Below, in pieces: positions 13,562-26,865 of a stretch of 64,000 nt of DNA. The notes under the pieces were generated by a model, which saw only the letters and a program-made list of their open reading frames with translations, made no database searches and was not told the origin of the DNA. The translations under genes and the position numbers were made by a program. This stretch comes from Antedon mediterranea (Eukaryota > Animalia > Echinodermata): NCBI RefSeq assembly GCF_964355755.1, contig NC_092670.1, positions 26,398,795-26,462,794 of the forward strand, written 5' to 3'. The first letter of the stretch is position 1. Every line of letters begins with the position of its first letter.

Positions 13562-14249
13562 AACTTAATATATATTTATTTATATAAAATAGTATAAAAA
13601 TATTAGTGGTAGAAACAGGGGACTAAATCGGTAGCCTACTGCGTGATTTTGTAGGGTTGGCAGGTATGCATAAGAACAACATATGTTATTATAAATATAC
13701 TGTACAAAATATTGTAAATTGTTTAAAATGGATAGGAAAGGTTTTTGAAATTTTGAAGAAATTACTTTGTATGAATCTTTTTAATGTTAATAAACAACAC
13801 ACACAAAATTAGAACTTGAGAAATAAACAAATTAAATTCAATATGAAACCTCCGTAAAATGAATAAATGAATGACACGCCATCTTAATTTTTATGAATGT
13901 TCTATATGCAATGTCCAAAACATTTAGTATGAGAGGCAAGCTTAAAAATGAATTGATTTAGATGTTCAGCTAATAAAATGATATTGCAAGGAACCCTTTC
14001 ATATCCATTTTAAGCTATTTTACAAAAACATGTTTATATAATACTATTCTTGAAACGAAAGTAAAATATATAAAGAGGCATACATTTTGTGGCCATATTA
14101 TGTTATTAAAAATGTGTATGAAAAAATAATTTATATAACATTAAAGATTCATAGTCAACATACAAATTTCATAATAATATTTGACATACAGTACGGTATT
14201 TGCTTTTGTCAGTTCTGTGGATTTACATCGCAATGTAATTCACTTAAAA

Positions 14250-14690
14250 ACACTAGACCTGCAATTTTTGACGTTTTGTAAAAATAATGCATATATAACT
14301 TTAAAAACATGAAACCAGGTCATTTCTTGTCTTATATGTGCGTTCTAAGGTTAATTATGATAAAAAGAGAAAAACTATGTACTACCTATAAGTAGCTTGC
14401 GTTGAAAGTTCTCTCGTAGGCCTAGCTTATTTGGGCTTAGTTTTGTAGGCCTCTTGTAAAAAGCGGTAACGTATGAACACAGTACACTAGCTATAGGCCT
14501 AGCCTGACGCTTTCGCATTGCTGAATTAATTGTCTTTCCTTTTTTGGCAGAATCTGTTAATACAAATTGGACAAGAACTGGTATTTTACCTGAAAAGTTA
14601 TGGTTCTTTTGTTTGTTTACCATTTCAAGAGATCAATCGAAGTAGGTGCATCACATCAAAATATGAAAATATCAATCCATGTGCGATGAT
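14250..14690. mobile_element. Family A MITE copy, degraded
   Basis: cctgcaattttttgacgttttg...gctataggcctagcctgacg...gaaaagttatggttc blocks. Confidence 0.7.
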
Positions 14691-16141
14691 ATGGACCGAG
14701 ATGAGATAACATGATTGTTATAATTTTGTGGGGAGAATTATACCGAGAGACTCCAGGGGAATAAAAAGGATTCTGCGTTAACTTTTGGAGTACACCATTA
14801 CATCCCACGTCCAGGCTCATTTTCAGTAGAGATATGTAGCCTAGCTAGTAGAGTAGTACCAACAGCGAAAACAAACTTGCTCACCGACATGCTCTTATTA
14901 TATAACATCATTATTCTGTTGTATGTGGTAGTAGGCCTAGATTTTTATTGGGTTATATTCAATTGACAATGATTGGGTTTACATTAATAATATAGCTTTT
15001 ACGGAAGAGTTCAATTTTTAATCCTACATTTGAGAGTTTTAGGCAGCGATAGGAATAATGGATGTAAACAAACCAACTCATTGGCCTTCCATAATTTGAA
15101 CTGCGTTGTGGGTATGATGATGTGATTCTTAAAAAGCGTTTATCAGATAACCGATTAACGTCGGAGACAATTTTCAGTTGTAGCACAGACAATTCTGTGG
15201 TTTGTGGTACTTAGGAATAATTGATTATTTTGATTTTTTAAGCATAAACAGATCCTAATAAATTTTAACATTTTTCAATTTTTTGAAGTGCTAAGGTATT
15301 TCATGATTGAAAAAAGGTGTGTAGAAGGTGTAGTGTAGAAGATTATAATGACCATATGTGATGACTGGATCAAATAGTTTAGACAGGTTCACACACTTCA
15401 CAGTTCTAATCCTGGCCTGGCAATCAGAAACATCACAAAAGCTGTCTTTTGAAACCTGAAAATATTTTGTAAAACAATGTTTGTTCCAATATGAATCTAG
15501 TCTCAATGATCTCACCTGTTGCATAATATAGTCATACCTAGTTGCCAAAACAAATTTTTAGTAGTGTAGTCTTAAAAATGCTCATGTCAAATAGAACATT
15601 TCAGTAGTTGTTTACACGTCACATCAATCACTGATTCTGGGCATGCCCATAATGATTTTCTGACTTGAAGACAGTGTTTGTAGTTACTTGGTACATGATG
15701 AGAACAAAAGGCCATCATGTTGTGTTTTAATGTTCATACTATAGGGGAAAACACCAGAAACAGACTTTTTTGTTGTGTGGGCCGTAGATTTGTCCAAAAT
15801 TAGGCCAAAAAATACTTTTAAAAAATTCATCGATATTGATTTATATTTTTTGGCCTTATTGTCCATAATTTAAAGCAAAATACAATATAGCATTTCCGTA
15901 GTATTTATCTTAACTTCAGTGCGCCCATATTTTTTTGTCAAACTGAGAAAAAATAGATTTTTTAGCAACAGTATAAAAACAAATATAAAAAGAAATCAAC
16001 AATGAAATCATTTATTAAAGCATGTGGAATAATGTTTGTTTTACCTTATACAAGAATTCTATTTTTTCTCAGTTTAACTTTTTTGATACATTTTCTTTTG
16101 GTATGCATACCATAAGGTCAAATGATGTTGAGAAGATTATA

Positions 16142-16512
16142 GGTCCTGTTTCTGCTGCATAAAAATAAGCGGTTGAAAACGGTGTGAACAAATTAACCCC
16201 AATTTCTTGGGAGCCAGAAACAGGACAATTTTTTAGTAACTGGTTAAAAATGGCAGCGCAAAAATAACAGGTAAAAACACCCAATCAACTCGGTGTTAGA
16301 ATGCCATTTAACCGGTTATTGCTGGGTAACCTTTAGCTGCAACAAAACAACGGTTATTTGATTGACACCGATTTTTGTCACCGACCACCCAATGATTTAA
16401 ACAGTTATTTTGGAGCAGAAATTAAGCAGAAATGCAGTAAATATAAAAATTACATTTTAAATCTATTTTGAAATAAACAGTTTATTCAGCAATATGCAGA
16501 AGAAACAGACCC
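16142..16512. mobile_element. PIF/Harbinger MITE (gggcctgtttctgctgc family)
   Basis: TIR ggtcctgtttctgctgcata / tatgcagaagaaacagaccc followed by TAA; an inverted relative lies at 33352-33788. Confidence 0.8.
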
Positions 16513-17249
16513 TAAGATTTAAATTTATTTAAGTTATAAAATTATATTTTAGTGCAATACCAATATCAACTGCTGTGTCCATCCAACTTTCAATTAGGAA
16601 ATAGGGAATAAAAAGGATTGTAAAGAATGCTTATTTATGTTTCCTTATCCTATTCACAGGAATGCTTTTATGTACCACCAGTTGACATGGAAACATAATC
16701 AGGCCCTTGGTAACCAGTGGTAGTTTATCAACCCTAGTAACTGCAGCATTTTAGTAGTAGTTTATCTAGAAAGTAAACATTTAAATGTTTATGCATGCTA
16801 ATAAAATGTAGAATAGTAAATGTTTGCCCTAAGTACAGTAAGCCATGGATGGATGGATGAATTCCAACAATAGATAATTGCTGCACAATCTTTCCACTTC
16901 ATTCCCCGACGAGGGGGCTATGCGAGCAATGCGCTCTAGCATCATTTCAGGTCATTTTACTCAGGTTTTAGGGTAGCCACTTTTTTTTTATAATGCATAA
17001 ATAAAACACTGCGTGCAAAAAACCGATGCATGATGACTGTCTCAATCCATTTTTATCAATTTCGAAAATGCAGTGACCTTTAAAGTTCAAAATATGCCTA
17101 TATCGGGTAAATTATAGCATAGAAAATATACGCGAACGTAAAACGTACTCACAGGCCAAGAGGTATATTGTTTATCGCAGAGGCGTAGGCTGGTTGCTGT
17201 CTGGGGGTTGCAAAAATTGTAAATGCGCGCCTTGGGCTGATCTGTAAGA

Positions 17250-17630
17250 AAATTGTGAAAAATAGAGCTGCAGGTCCCCAGAAGTTGCAATTATACATAA
17301 ACTTGATACTATGAAACGAAATTACAAGTCTACAGAACCAGCCAACCGTGGTTGGGATGGAGCTAAACAAATTTTGAAAAATAGAGTTGGAGGTCCCCGA
17401 AATTAAACTTGAAACAAAATATCATCATATTGTCCCTATCATGGTTGTGACTGACCTAAGAAATTTTTGAAAAATAGAGCTGTTGGTCCTGGAAAATGCA
17501 CTTATTGTACTTCGAAATATGAAATTTATAAGTACCTATGACCAGCTTTATGGTTGAGGCTGAGCTAAGAAAATGTTTAGAACTAGAGCTGCAGGTCTTA
17601 AAAAATTGCATCTTATACTTTGGAAACATC
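17250..17630. repeat. Degenerate tandem repeat, 4 units of roughly 95-120 bp
   Basis: Core gaaaaatagagctgcaggtcc recurs near 17257, 17376, 17469 and 17580. Confidence 0.6.
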
Positions 17631-18083
17631 AGGCCTAGAGGCTTAAAAAAGTGGTCTGTTTTGCCTTTATTTGGATGGGGGCAGGGGTGCGTCCGCAAGC
17701 GTAGACCATTTTCTGTCGGGGAAATCCGTTTATACCTCGCAAGTATATGCGTGCGTACCATCTGGACTTCCGAGTGGTGAGAAGTTCATGACACACAGGA
17801 TATTGAAAATTTAATAACTTAGCTATAATAAGATGTTGGCTAAGGAAAAATGGCATGTTTTTTTGTTTAGTAATGTATGAAATATTTATTTTAGGTGCCC
17901 CACGGTACAGAGGGTTACTTGTAAATTAAAAAATTGGTGAAAAACAAACGAAAAAATTAACATAATTTGTTTTTGCTGTAGCGTACAATTGACAAGTGCA
18001 TAACCGTCGGTAAACTTCGCCTGGAAATCCCCCGTAGTCCCCCCTGCTGGCGCCACCATTGTGCTTGTGGTACTGTAGACTTA

Positions 18084-18889
18084 GGGCCTGTTCGTAGGGG
18101 TTGAAAATACCAGCTTATTCCCGATTTCCGTTCGCGTGACCCAATTAACTTTTGCCTCAGGCTACAAGAAATTCGAGGCAAAATGTTCACCAAATTTGCA
18201 GGTTATTTCAGCGATAATCCAATTATACTCGGCCTTCGAGGATAATAAATCTCTGATAGAGGCGTTGTGTCAAATTTTGACCTTTGCATTTGTGAAATTT
18301 TCTAGAACACAAACAGTCCACCGGTGGTCCGACCGGAATACAAACGTTCGCTGCCTTGGCCCGTCATTTCTCCTACGAAGCTCTTCCATACACGCTTCGA
18401 GAGCGATCGTCAGCTGGTGCTGTCCTTGCTTGTTGGTGTAGACCGCTTAGTATGGTAGGCCTAGCTGGTCGGTGGTGTTTCGTTTAACCAGGGAAGAGTT
18501 AAATTTAACTCTTCCCTGGTTTAACATTGGGCTCAAATTCTTCGTCAAGGAGTAAAATAATGGTCGTCAGGAGAAGGCATATTTCGGCAGGATTATCGGC
18601 GTTAAGAGGCATAAGGTTTGTCGCAAGGATAAGCAGTGTAAAAGGTAGCAAGTAATTGTTATTGTAAAGAAAGATCGCGAGTAAAAAATATACCACACGA
18701 AACTAGCGTGCGAAAATGGGGTCGTAGGTTGTTGTAAAGACAACTGACCTTAAAACGTAATTTCCGGTTTGTGATTCGTCGATTAAGCATTTAAGCGGTT
18801 AAATATTTCAAGTACGAACGACGCTCAATTTATAACCCGAGGCATGGGTGAAATTAAGCGCTTATTTTAACCACCGTACGAACACGACC
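18084..18889. mobile_element. PIF/Harbinger non-autonomous element
   Basis: Imperfect TIR gggcctgttcgtagggg / ccgtacgaacacgacc, TSD TTA on both sides. Confidence 0.75.
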
Positions 18890-18985
18890 TTAGATTTTGC
18901 AATTTTCAACTACACACTTCTCCCGTTCCCTAAACCAGCCCTCCTGTAAATCTATCAACTTTGAGACTGGACATTAGAATCTAAA

Positions 18986-20570
18986 CTAGACATGAAACTC
19001 GTCACTTTGACGAGTTAGTTATCCGCACAACAAACGCCACGCGCACGTCATACGTTGGAATTTTGCACACGGAAAAAGATTATGACATTATGACCTGAAC
19101 TGAAGAATATCATATGCTGTTAGTGCTGAATTCTGTCAATTTTGTGTCATATAGTATATACAGTGCAAACGGTATAATCTGTATACATGTTACATACAGT
19201 GTAGAATAGGTGAAATTACGGGTCCCCCCGTTTATACTTATTTTTAACACGGCTTTGGTATCAAAATGAAACACTAAGATAGCAATTTCGGAAGGACATT
19301 ATCTCAGCAACAACATATTAACGTGTGGAAGAAATTTGAATACGTAAAATATAGATGCGCGCCCTTTTAAATGTGATGAACTATTACGCAAAATATGAAA
19401 ATACGACTTTTTTTATTCAACTGGCCATATGATGACGTTACAACATCCGATTGGCAAAATGTTTACATGAATTCGTATCTACAATCCAATAGCTTCCAGA
19501 AAGCGTTTTAATCATGATTATCACGTTTTATTCTGACGAGCTATAACAGATTGAAATTTACTGTAAAGATGAAAATAAGTGACCCACGTTATTTTCATTT
19601 TTAGACATGATGACGTCAAAAAAATTAAAATATTTTAACTCATGCGAAAGATAGTTGATTGACCTAGATAATATAAAAATCGGGGTGAAAATGGAAAACA
19701 GATAATTGGAGATGCGCTCTATTAAATGTGATGAGCTATGATCAAAGATACAAAAATTCTATTTTTTATATTCGCATGGCCATACGATGACGTCACAATG
19801 TCCGGTAAGCCGTATTGATGCATGATACATGATCTACAACTCATCATCTTCCAAACTACGTAATAAAAATAACTTTTACCGTTTAGTTTAGAAACTACGA
19901 CTGTTTAAAAAAAGGTATAATTTTGACAAATTTTGACCAATTTTTGAACTTTTTCATCAAAAACGCACATAAATTATCCAATTCGACGTGCCCGTATGAC
20001 GTAATTTGAAGTCGAAATTGTTTAAAAGTTGGTAAAATTACTAGAAAAGGCTGAAAAAACATAAATCACGCGAAAAAATCTGTTTTTAACGGTACGTGTG
20101 CTCCGCGCGCGTAAAAATTTGCGCGCGCCTGGGAATTTTTGACATTCTCAAAATGACATGAAACGCGTAGAAAGTTGATTAGAAATTAATTTTGCGCATT
20201 TTGAAATTTTAAATGCGCGTACGCGCGTAACTTTTTGTAAAACACGCATTTTTTTTTCAACAAAAAGTTAGCGCATGATATAAATTAAACTTTTGCAAAG
20301 TTTCAATTTAAAATGTTATTTGGTTTTTGACCTATGTTAAATATGTGAAATTCATAAAATCGCGCGTAAGTCATGTTGCGCAACTCTGACATAATTCAAA
20401 AATAGGAGGTGCACAACTTCACGTGAATGCCCTCATGCTGACAAAGTTATAACATGTTATGTTTACAAGTTTTTGAGATACGTGAGACACAAAAATGGGG
20501 GAGAAGGAAAGAAAAAAAAAAAGTAACAGGACAGTTACAAGGAGTTATCCGCTCAATGCGGATAACTAAT
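18986..20570 (-). mobile_element. Apparently full-length Helentron/DINE-1-like non-autonomous element (family B, ~1.58 kb)
   Basis: Minus strand: 5' stem-loop agttatccgc-attga-gcggataact; 3' subterminal gcggataact, then hairpin aactcgtca-aag-tgacgagtt, then CTAG, in a T-rich site without obvious TSD. Confidence 0.8.
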
Positions 20571-22271
20571 AATAAAACTGTGGGTAGAAATAGAGTGATA
20601 AAACTTCTCTGTTACCATTAACATCTCGCAAATGGAAAGCTCCCCAATATATCATTCAGATCATATAAACAGGGATTCTGTTTTGGGAAAGCCTTTTTCT
20701 AATAAACTGTATATATAATTTGATTTAAACGTGGGAGGTTTTTGATGATGATGCAATAAAGGGTCAATTGAGCCAGTCACCATGTTAATTAACAATCAAA
20801 ATCATCACAGGTTCTTGTGCCAGACTACTGTACATTCGTTATGCTAGTTCTTTTGCAAATGCAATTATACTGGGAGAAAAAAACCTGAATAATAGCGTGT
20901 AAATAATTTGTTTTCAGCAGAAACAGGACCAAAGTCGAATAGCTTAAATTACACTGCCAAATAAAAGCTAAAAAGACAGGAAAATGTAATGGTTAAGAGT
21001 TTTAGATGGTTGCAGCAGTAGTAGACATCCCATTTTCTTCAATTTCTTGTATACTAGATACAAATTAAGTTTTAATCAATGATACCTACAAAGCTGTTTT
21101 AATCTTGAATCAACTAAAATAAATGTTCCTAACGGGTTACCTTTTACTCTAGGTGTACTTTTAAACTAATTACTGTAGTACAACATGTATAAGTACATCA
21201 ATAATAAAGTTTGATTGCATCCATAGATTTATACATCAGAAAATGATATAATCATTAAGCAGTTATTATATTTCACACTTTCTGTATTCATAAAAACATA
21301 AAGACACATAATCTGATAGAAGCATTTAGACAATATTTGTGAACTGCACTCAAGTTGTTGCCTAAGGCAGTTACTCATATCTTTCAAATCTCTAGGTGAG
21401 AAATGCAATTTTGGTGTATGGTATAAGAAAATTGTGAATATGAAGTTATATTTCTCCTTTATCTCCTTATTTAAAATTGCTTTCAACATCCATTATTCAC
21501 AGTCCTATACCGGTAGGATATGCAGTGTAATATTTTACAATCCATACATACCAAAAATCATTATTGCAATGGTCTTAAATCTAAGACCATCGTTGCTAAG
21601 GGTTTCATCTTGGGCTTAAATCTAAGACCGCGGTTAAGACCTTTATTGCAATCCGCACCTGTTTCCGCTGCCAAGTAAACGCCGTATTTAAGACAGTATT
21701 TTTTGAATACCTATATATATAAATATACAGTTTATTTTTGGCAGCGGAAACGGTGTTCATAAAAATATACCGTATTTTGTAAACCATAATTTGTGGATAA
21801 AATACAGTATTTATAAATTTATACCGTATTGGGGTACCCTTTTCTGCTTCCGATAAAAATACTGTATATTAAAGCTTTTTACACATGGATAGATAACCTA
21901 TTGTCAACAAATCAACAAAAGTAAGGAACAACATCACAACATTTGCAAATAATCTGTTAGGGAAACAAATATTTTGGGAAAATTAAAAGTAACAAACAGC
22001 ACAGCCAGATTTAGAAAGATAATTTAGCAAAAATTCTAATTCGAGCATGGAAGAAATAACTTGTCCCCATTTTGTTGGATCGAAAGGTAGGTTGGGTAAA
22101 AAAGATGAATTTCAACACGACTATCGAAGATAGTACCTCTAGCAGAAATGGGGCATAAAATATTTCTATTTTCCATAACAAAACAAGTGGTTAAAACTTT
22201 GGGGAGGTGGTTGCTTATGAGATTTAGACAAAGGTTTTGTAAAATATATTTCTACATTTTGCTGTTGATAC

Positions 22272-22410
22272 CTAGTTGTGGCGCTATTTACATTAGATGT
22301 CAACCATGCTAAATTAGCTGAAGGTTTTATTATAGAGCCGGTGGATTTGTTTTCTTTCATTGGCGGCTGTAACAATGCTTCAGACCAACAGGAAATAGAG
22401 AATGGCAATT
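22272..22410 (-). other. Candidate exon (LPFSISCWSEALLQPPMKENKSTG...SATTR), product unknown
   Basis: cAG acceptor (alternative at 22426), AG|GTatca donor, open frame within ORF 22166-22423. Confidence 0.25.
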
Positions 22411-24078
22411 CTGTACCAGTCAAGTGCTAGTCACAGATGGTAAGATGTTAACACATGTTGATGTATCCTAACACATTCATCACATGCTTATAATTCTATT
22501 TTACCTTGAGTGACATTAACTTGTTTTTCTTGAAACACTAGTTTCCTCACATGGAGTGATGCCTGCAGGGCTATCAAATACTACTTATGGTTTATAACAT
22601 TATCAAAAATTACGAAAATATAATTATAAAGGTTAATGAGAACAAATCAGAACAAATATAAGAATCAGGACAAACAGTGTTATCATATGGGGAATGTAAT
22701 ACAGTATAAGTTCATATCATTTGAATAATTAGCAATTATTATAGTACATTTTCTTATCACTTCCTAAAGATGTAACAAAACATTAACGGTATGTTCAAGG
22801 TTTGTTATCTAACGCAAGGCGTACGGTAATCTGTGGCGTTAAAAGTCAAGGTGTTCAGACACAACGATCAACATTCCAATGCCTTGCACTCTGATCATGC
22901 ATACATTCAGGACAAACATTGTACATTGTAAAGTTGTTTTTTGTTATTTTTATTTATATAATGTTACCTTCAAAACTTACTACTTGGCAGAATTGCATTC
23001 TAATTCAAAATAATTTCAAACATAATTATTACACAGACAATTATCTGATTAATGTATTTAATTTATGAAAATATCATATCAGTGATGACAACTTTACACA
23101 CACACTTCTTTAAAATTGAAAACCTGATAGTTTGACGTTTAGCTATCTCGCTGTACAGGTATGCTGTTGGCCTACTAATCGTGGTCGTGTCTTTTCATTG
23201 GTTAAGGTTAAAATCACTGATGCATCACTGGATTAGCATTATTAAATCCACCCTCTCCTGCTAGGCCACTGGCGCGGCGTAACAGCTCCCTAACGCTAAT
23301 CTGGCCTAGTTTAGACACAAAAATATGTATGCTGCTTACATTATGCTACCTTAACACTGTGAGTCTGAACATACTCAAAGTCACAAATATTTTGTCTTAA
23401 TCTATTGATCTCCCTTCGGCAGGTAAATTATTGCTCAAATAATAATAAATGAGAATCAAATTCTGATGATGATACACATATCAAATATATTATGATCATA
23501 AAAAGGTAAGTATTAAATTAGCCTGGATCAAGGTTCATTTGTCTGTAAGTTACTATTCAACAGTTTAATGAGTTATAAAGCTAACTCACATTTATTAAAA
23601 ATAAAAAATTTTACCTGAAAAATACAAAACTGAATCCTCATCATAATTTGATTTTATTCACAAATTTGATTTTGATTAATTTTTAATTCATATCTTTTTA
23701 AACACTGTTATCCATTCATGTTTTTACTTTTTTATGTTCATGTTTTTTAAAATGTTATATTTGAATGCAAAATGCATATCAAAGTAGAACCATCACAATG
23801 AAATATCAATTACATATGAATATAAAATTGTTTAAATCAAGGGTAAAGAATCCAATTGGAATGCTATTAGTATTCTAAATGGCTTTCTCGTAAGGCTCCA
23901 AAGATAATACGAATACCTGTGGGTATAATCCTTTCGTCCATAGATCATGAATATCAAGTGACTGTTTCCCTAGGTAATAATCAACTTTATGCATAATTCA
24001 ACACATGCATGATGACTATGTTGTCTTTAATGAGATTTCATCAATAATAAAAAATGTCAATAACATTAAGAGCACAGC

Positions 24079-24262
24079 CAGTGGAGTAACGCATGAGGCC
24101 ACTGGCTTAGGAAGCCCTCCAACGCTGGAGGCCTTTGGGTGTTTTTAGCTTTTTTCGACATGTTTTAATGTCTGTTTTTTCCTCTGGACACTGCTCAGGG
24201 GCCCCATAAGATCCGGGGCCCCTGGGTTTAGCCAGTGAGTGCTCATAGCTGTTACGCCACTG
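24079..24262. mobile_element. hAT-like MITE
   Basis: TIR cagtggagtaac / gttacgccactg; 8-bp TSD agcacagc / agcacaac (7 of 8). Confidence 0.8.
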
Positions 24263-25062
24263 AGCACAACACAATATATTTGCTGCCTTGGATTATTTCA
24301 CTACATGAAATCATACTGTACTGGTTTTAACAACTCCATATACTGAAATCCCAAACATTTTTTAGCTGCCCTAAATTTTACATTTCCAGCTACTTTTTTC
24401 GTGGTTCTATAATTTAGTGAACACCTCTGCTATGGACGTCAAACAACGAACCATGTAAATTTAGGGATCTAAATAAATGTTTTGACTACACAGTATTAAG
24501 CATTAAGCAATAATGCAATAAAATAGGACAATTCTGTTGAACAATTTTATTATAGGAATTGAGATAATCAAACTTCACTCATTTATAGATTTTATGCATT
24601 TCTTTACCCACAACAAATTTTAAGTTCATGGTGACATGGTCACCCCGTCATAATGATGGCTTCAAATCTAAAAATTTGACCAGAAAGCATTTTTAGTGTC
24701 TTGTTTGTAAAGGTGTCATTAATTAGTATATTTACAGTTTAGGATAGCCTATATTGCAGGCTACAATATGCAAGTGAAATACTATCAAAGATCAAATGGT
24801 AAAAAAAATTGATTTTGCAAAAAAATAATAATTTTATAACTAATGGAAATTATCAAGGTACATGTGGTTCAATTTTTAGCTAAATCAGATATGATGAACC
24901 AGGAGCCACTGGTTGATTTGGCTTTGATGACCATGGAAGCTCCATGGAATGACACATATACATACAAATAATTTAGCCAAACGAACTTAAATTAACAAAA
25001 TATAGAATTGAGTTTAAAAAAATGTTGTATATTTGCGAGAGAATGGAATGTCAAAAGGTCTT

Positions 25063-25350
25063 TGGGCCTGTTTCTGCTGCAACTGCTCAAAATACGGTAT
25101 AAAAATACGGTATAAAATACGGTATTTTTTATACCGTATTTTTTAGTACCCCATTTCTGCTAACAATACTTCTTGGGTGGTCGTGTTAAATTTCATCCTT
25201 TTTACCCAAATTGCCATTCATTTATTTGGTCAATAATTAAAAGTCGCAATAAAGGAAGTTTTACGTCTCACTTTCAACAGCCTGGCCCTAGTGATAGAGA
25301 TGTTGTGAGAGCACAGAAAACATCGTAATGGGGACAAGTAATTCGTTCCC
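25063..25350. mobile_element. Harbinger MITE fragment
   Basis: Starts gggcctgtttctgctgc; inverted homology to ~22020-22165 and to 59084-59971. Confidence 0.6.
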
Positions 25351-26031
25351 TCCCCGAGTTATTGTCTTTTACAATCTTTTACTGCTTTCGCAGGCTCTTC
25401 AGCTTTGAATTTACTTGCTTTGGAGACAAGTCTATTCCGTACTCCTGCTTTATTTTTTTAGAAATGTCTTTATAAATGTGGTTGTCTCTTTTATTACCTT
25501 TTAGTTGGTCGGACATTTTAGCTTCCCCATCCCCTCCTTCCCCACCCCCTCCTTCCAAAATGGACTATACCATAGTTTCATGAAAATGATAAAAACATAG
25601 GGTTGTCAAGGGTAGTGCATGTTATCGTTCCAAGAATAATACATACAAAAGTGTTAGGCCTATTTTACCTAATGGGTGATTAAGTTACAAATAAATCGAG
25701 GAAACAATTATGTGAGTAGAATATCTTGTAGGCAAAGGTGTTGGGTTATGTTGGGCTTTTTTAGCAGTGTTGTGCCACTACGGCCTACATGTTATAAAAA
25801 CTCATAGTCTAGCTATGATGTATATTAACTTGCATTGCAGTATAATTGCTATTAAAACAAGGTTACTTATTACACATACACTTTTCACATTTCCTTTTGT
25901 AAAATTGTTTACTCTAGTTGTTAATACTTTCATAATAAACATTTTTTTATAGAACCAAATCTATTTAAAAAGAGAGTTTCAACATACCAGCAGCTTAAAA
26001 AGATCTATATTTCTGCAACAAAAAGGAGCTA

Positions 26032-26865
26032 CCGTATATTTCGGTGTATAAGTCGCACTTTTGACACGCAAAATTGACCTCTAAATTAAGGGTGCGTCTT
26101 ATACACCGAACATAAATGCCTCACCACACAGATTGTACATATCGTCACCTCGTTTGCTAGGCCTGAGTAGGCTAAACTAGCTACAGTATACTAACACAAC
26201 GGCAACCTGCTTCTGCCTAGTTTTCAAGGCATTTTAGATGATGTTATACTAAATATGATGAAAAGATTTGTTCATTATGGAGCTGTTGTAGGCGCTCCGA
26301 TAAAATTTCATTTGTAAACGTTTACGATTGGAATAGCCTAGGCTAGTATTTATTTATAGTTATACGCACGATTACCGTACCCCCAGCGCAAGCCCTACTT
26401 GGCGGCCACATGGTGTACGGTATTAGACTAGTATATTCTCCAGGTAATTATAGCATGGACCTAGCGTACACACTTCTCGGAAACATAGATACTAATCAAA
26501 TACGATTGTCCGTGAAAACGTGCGCCCTTTCGAAATGATCGAGCGAGGCTAGCCCACACGTACGACGTACGTGTTACACACACGGTCATGCACTCGATGT
26601 TGCGGGTGCGAAACTCTTGAATAACAAGTTAGAAAGAACTTGTTGAGGCTGGGCGAGGCCGAGCCTAGGTAAGAAAAAACCTAAATAAAGGACAAAATAT
26701 AACAAAATATATTATTACAATAATATTGATTACAATTTAAAAAAAAATTGTTTTGATGGATAAGGTGCGTCTTATACATCGACGATATAAAAAATACCGA
26801 TATTTTACTCTCATTTAGGGGGTGCGTCTTATACACAGGTGCGACTTATACACCAAAATATACGG
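26032..26865. mobile_element. Tc1/mariner superfamily (pogo/Tigger-like) MITE
   Basis: TA|ccgtatatttcggtgtataagtcgcac ... gtgcgacttatacaccaaaatatacgg|TA; internal ggtgcgtcttatac repeats. Confidence 0.88.

Noticed and set aside
552-14623. Recurring similar ORFs (552-770, 10614-10841, 14375-14623; RPIAS...TKLSL.RLG)
   Set aside because: They are translations of the same non-coding family A MITE, with inconsistent stops between copies; not a gene family.
21361-23980. Plus-strand AG|GT juxtapositions (~21385, ~23423, ~23973)
   Set aside because: Weaker donors or tracts than the best minus-strand sites; treated as background, though they lower confidence in the recursive-splicing idea.
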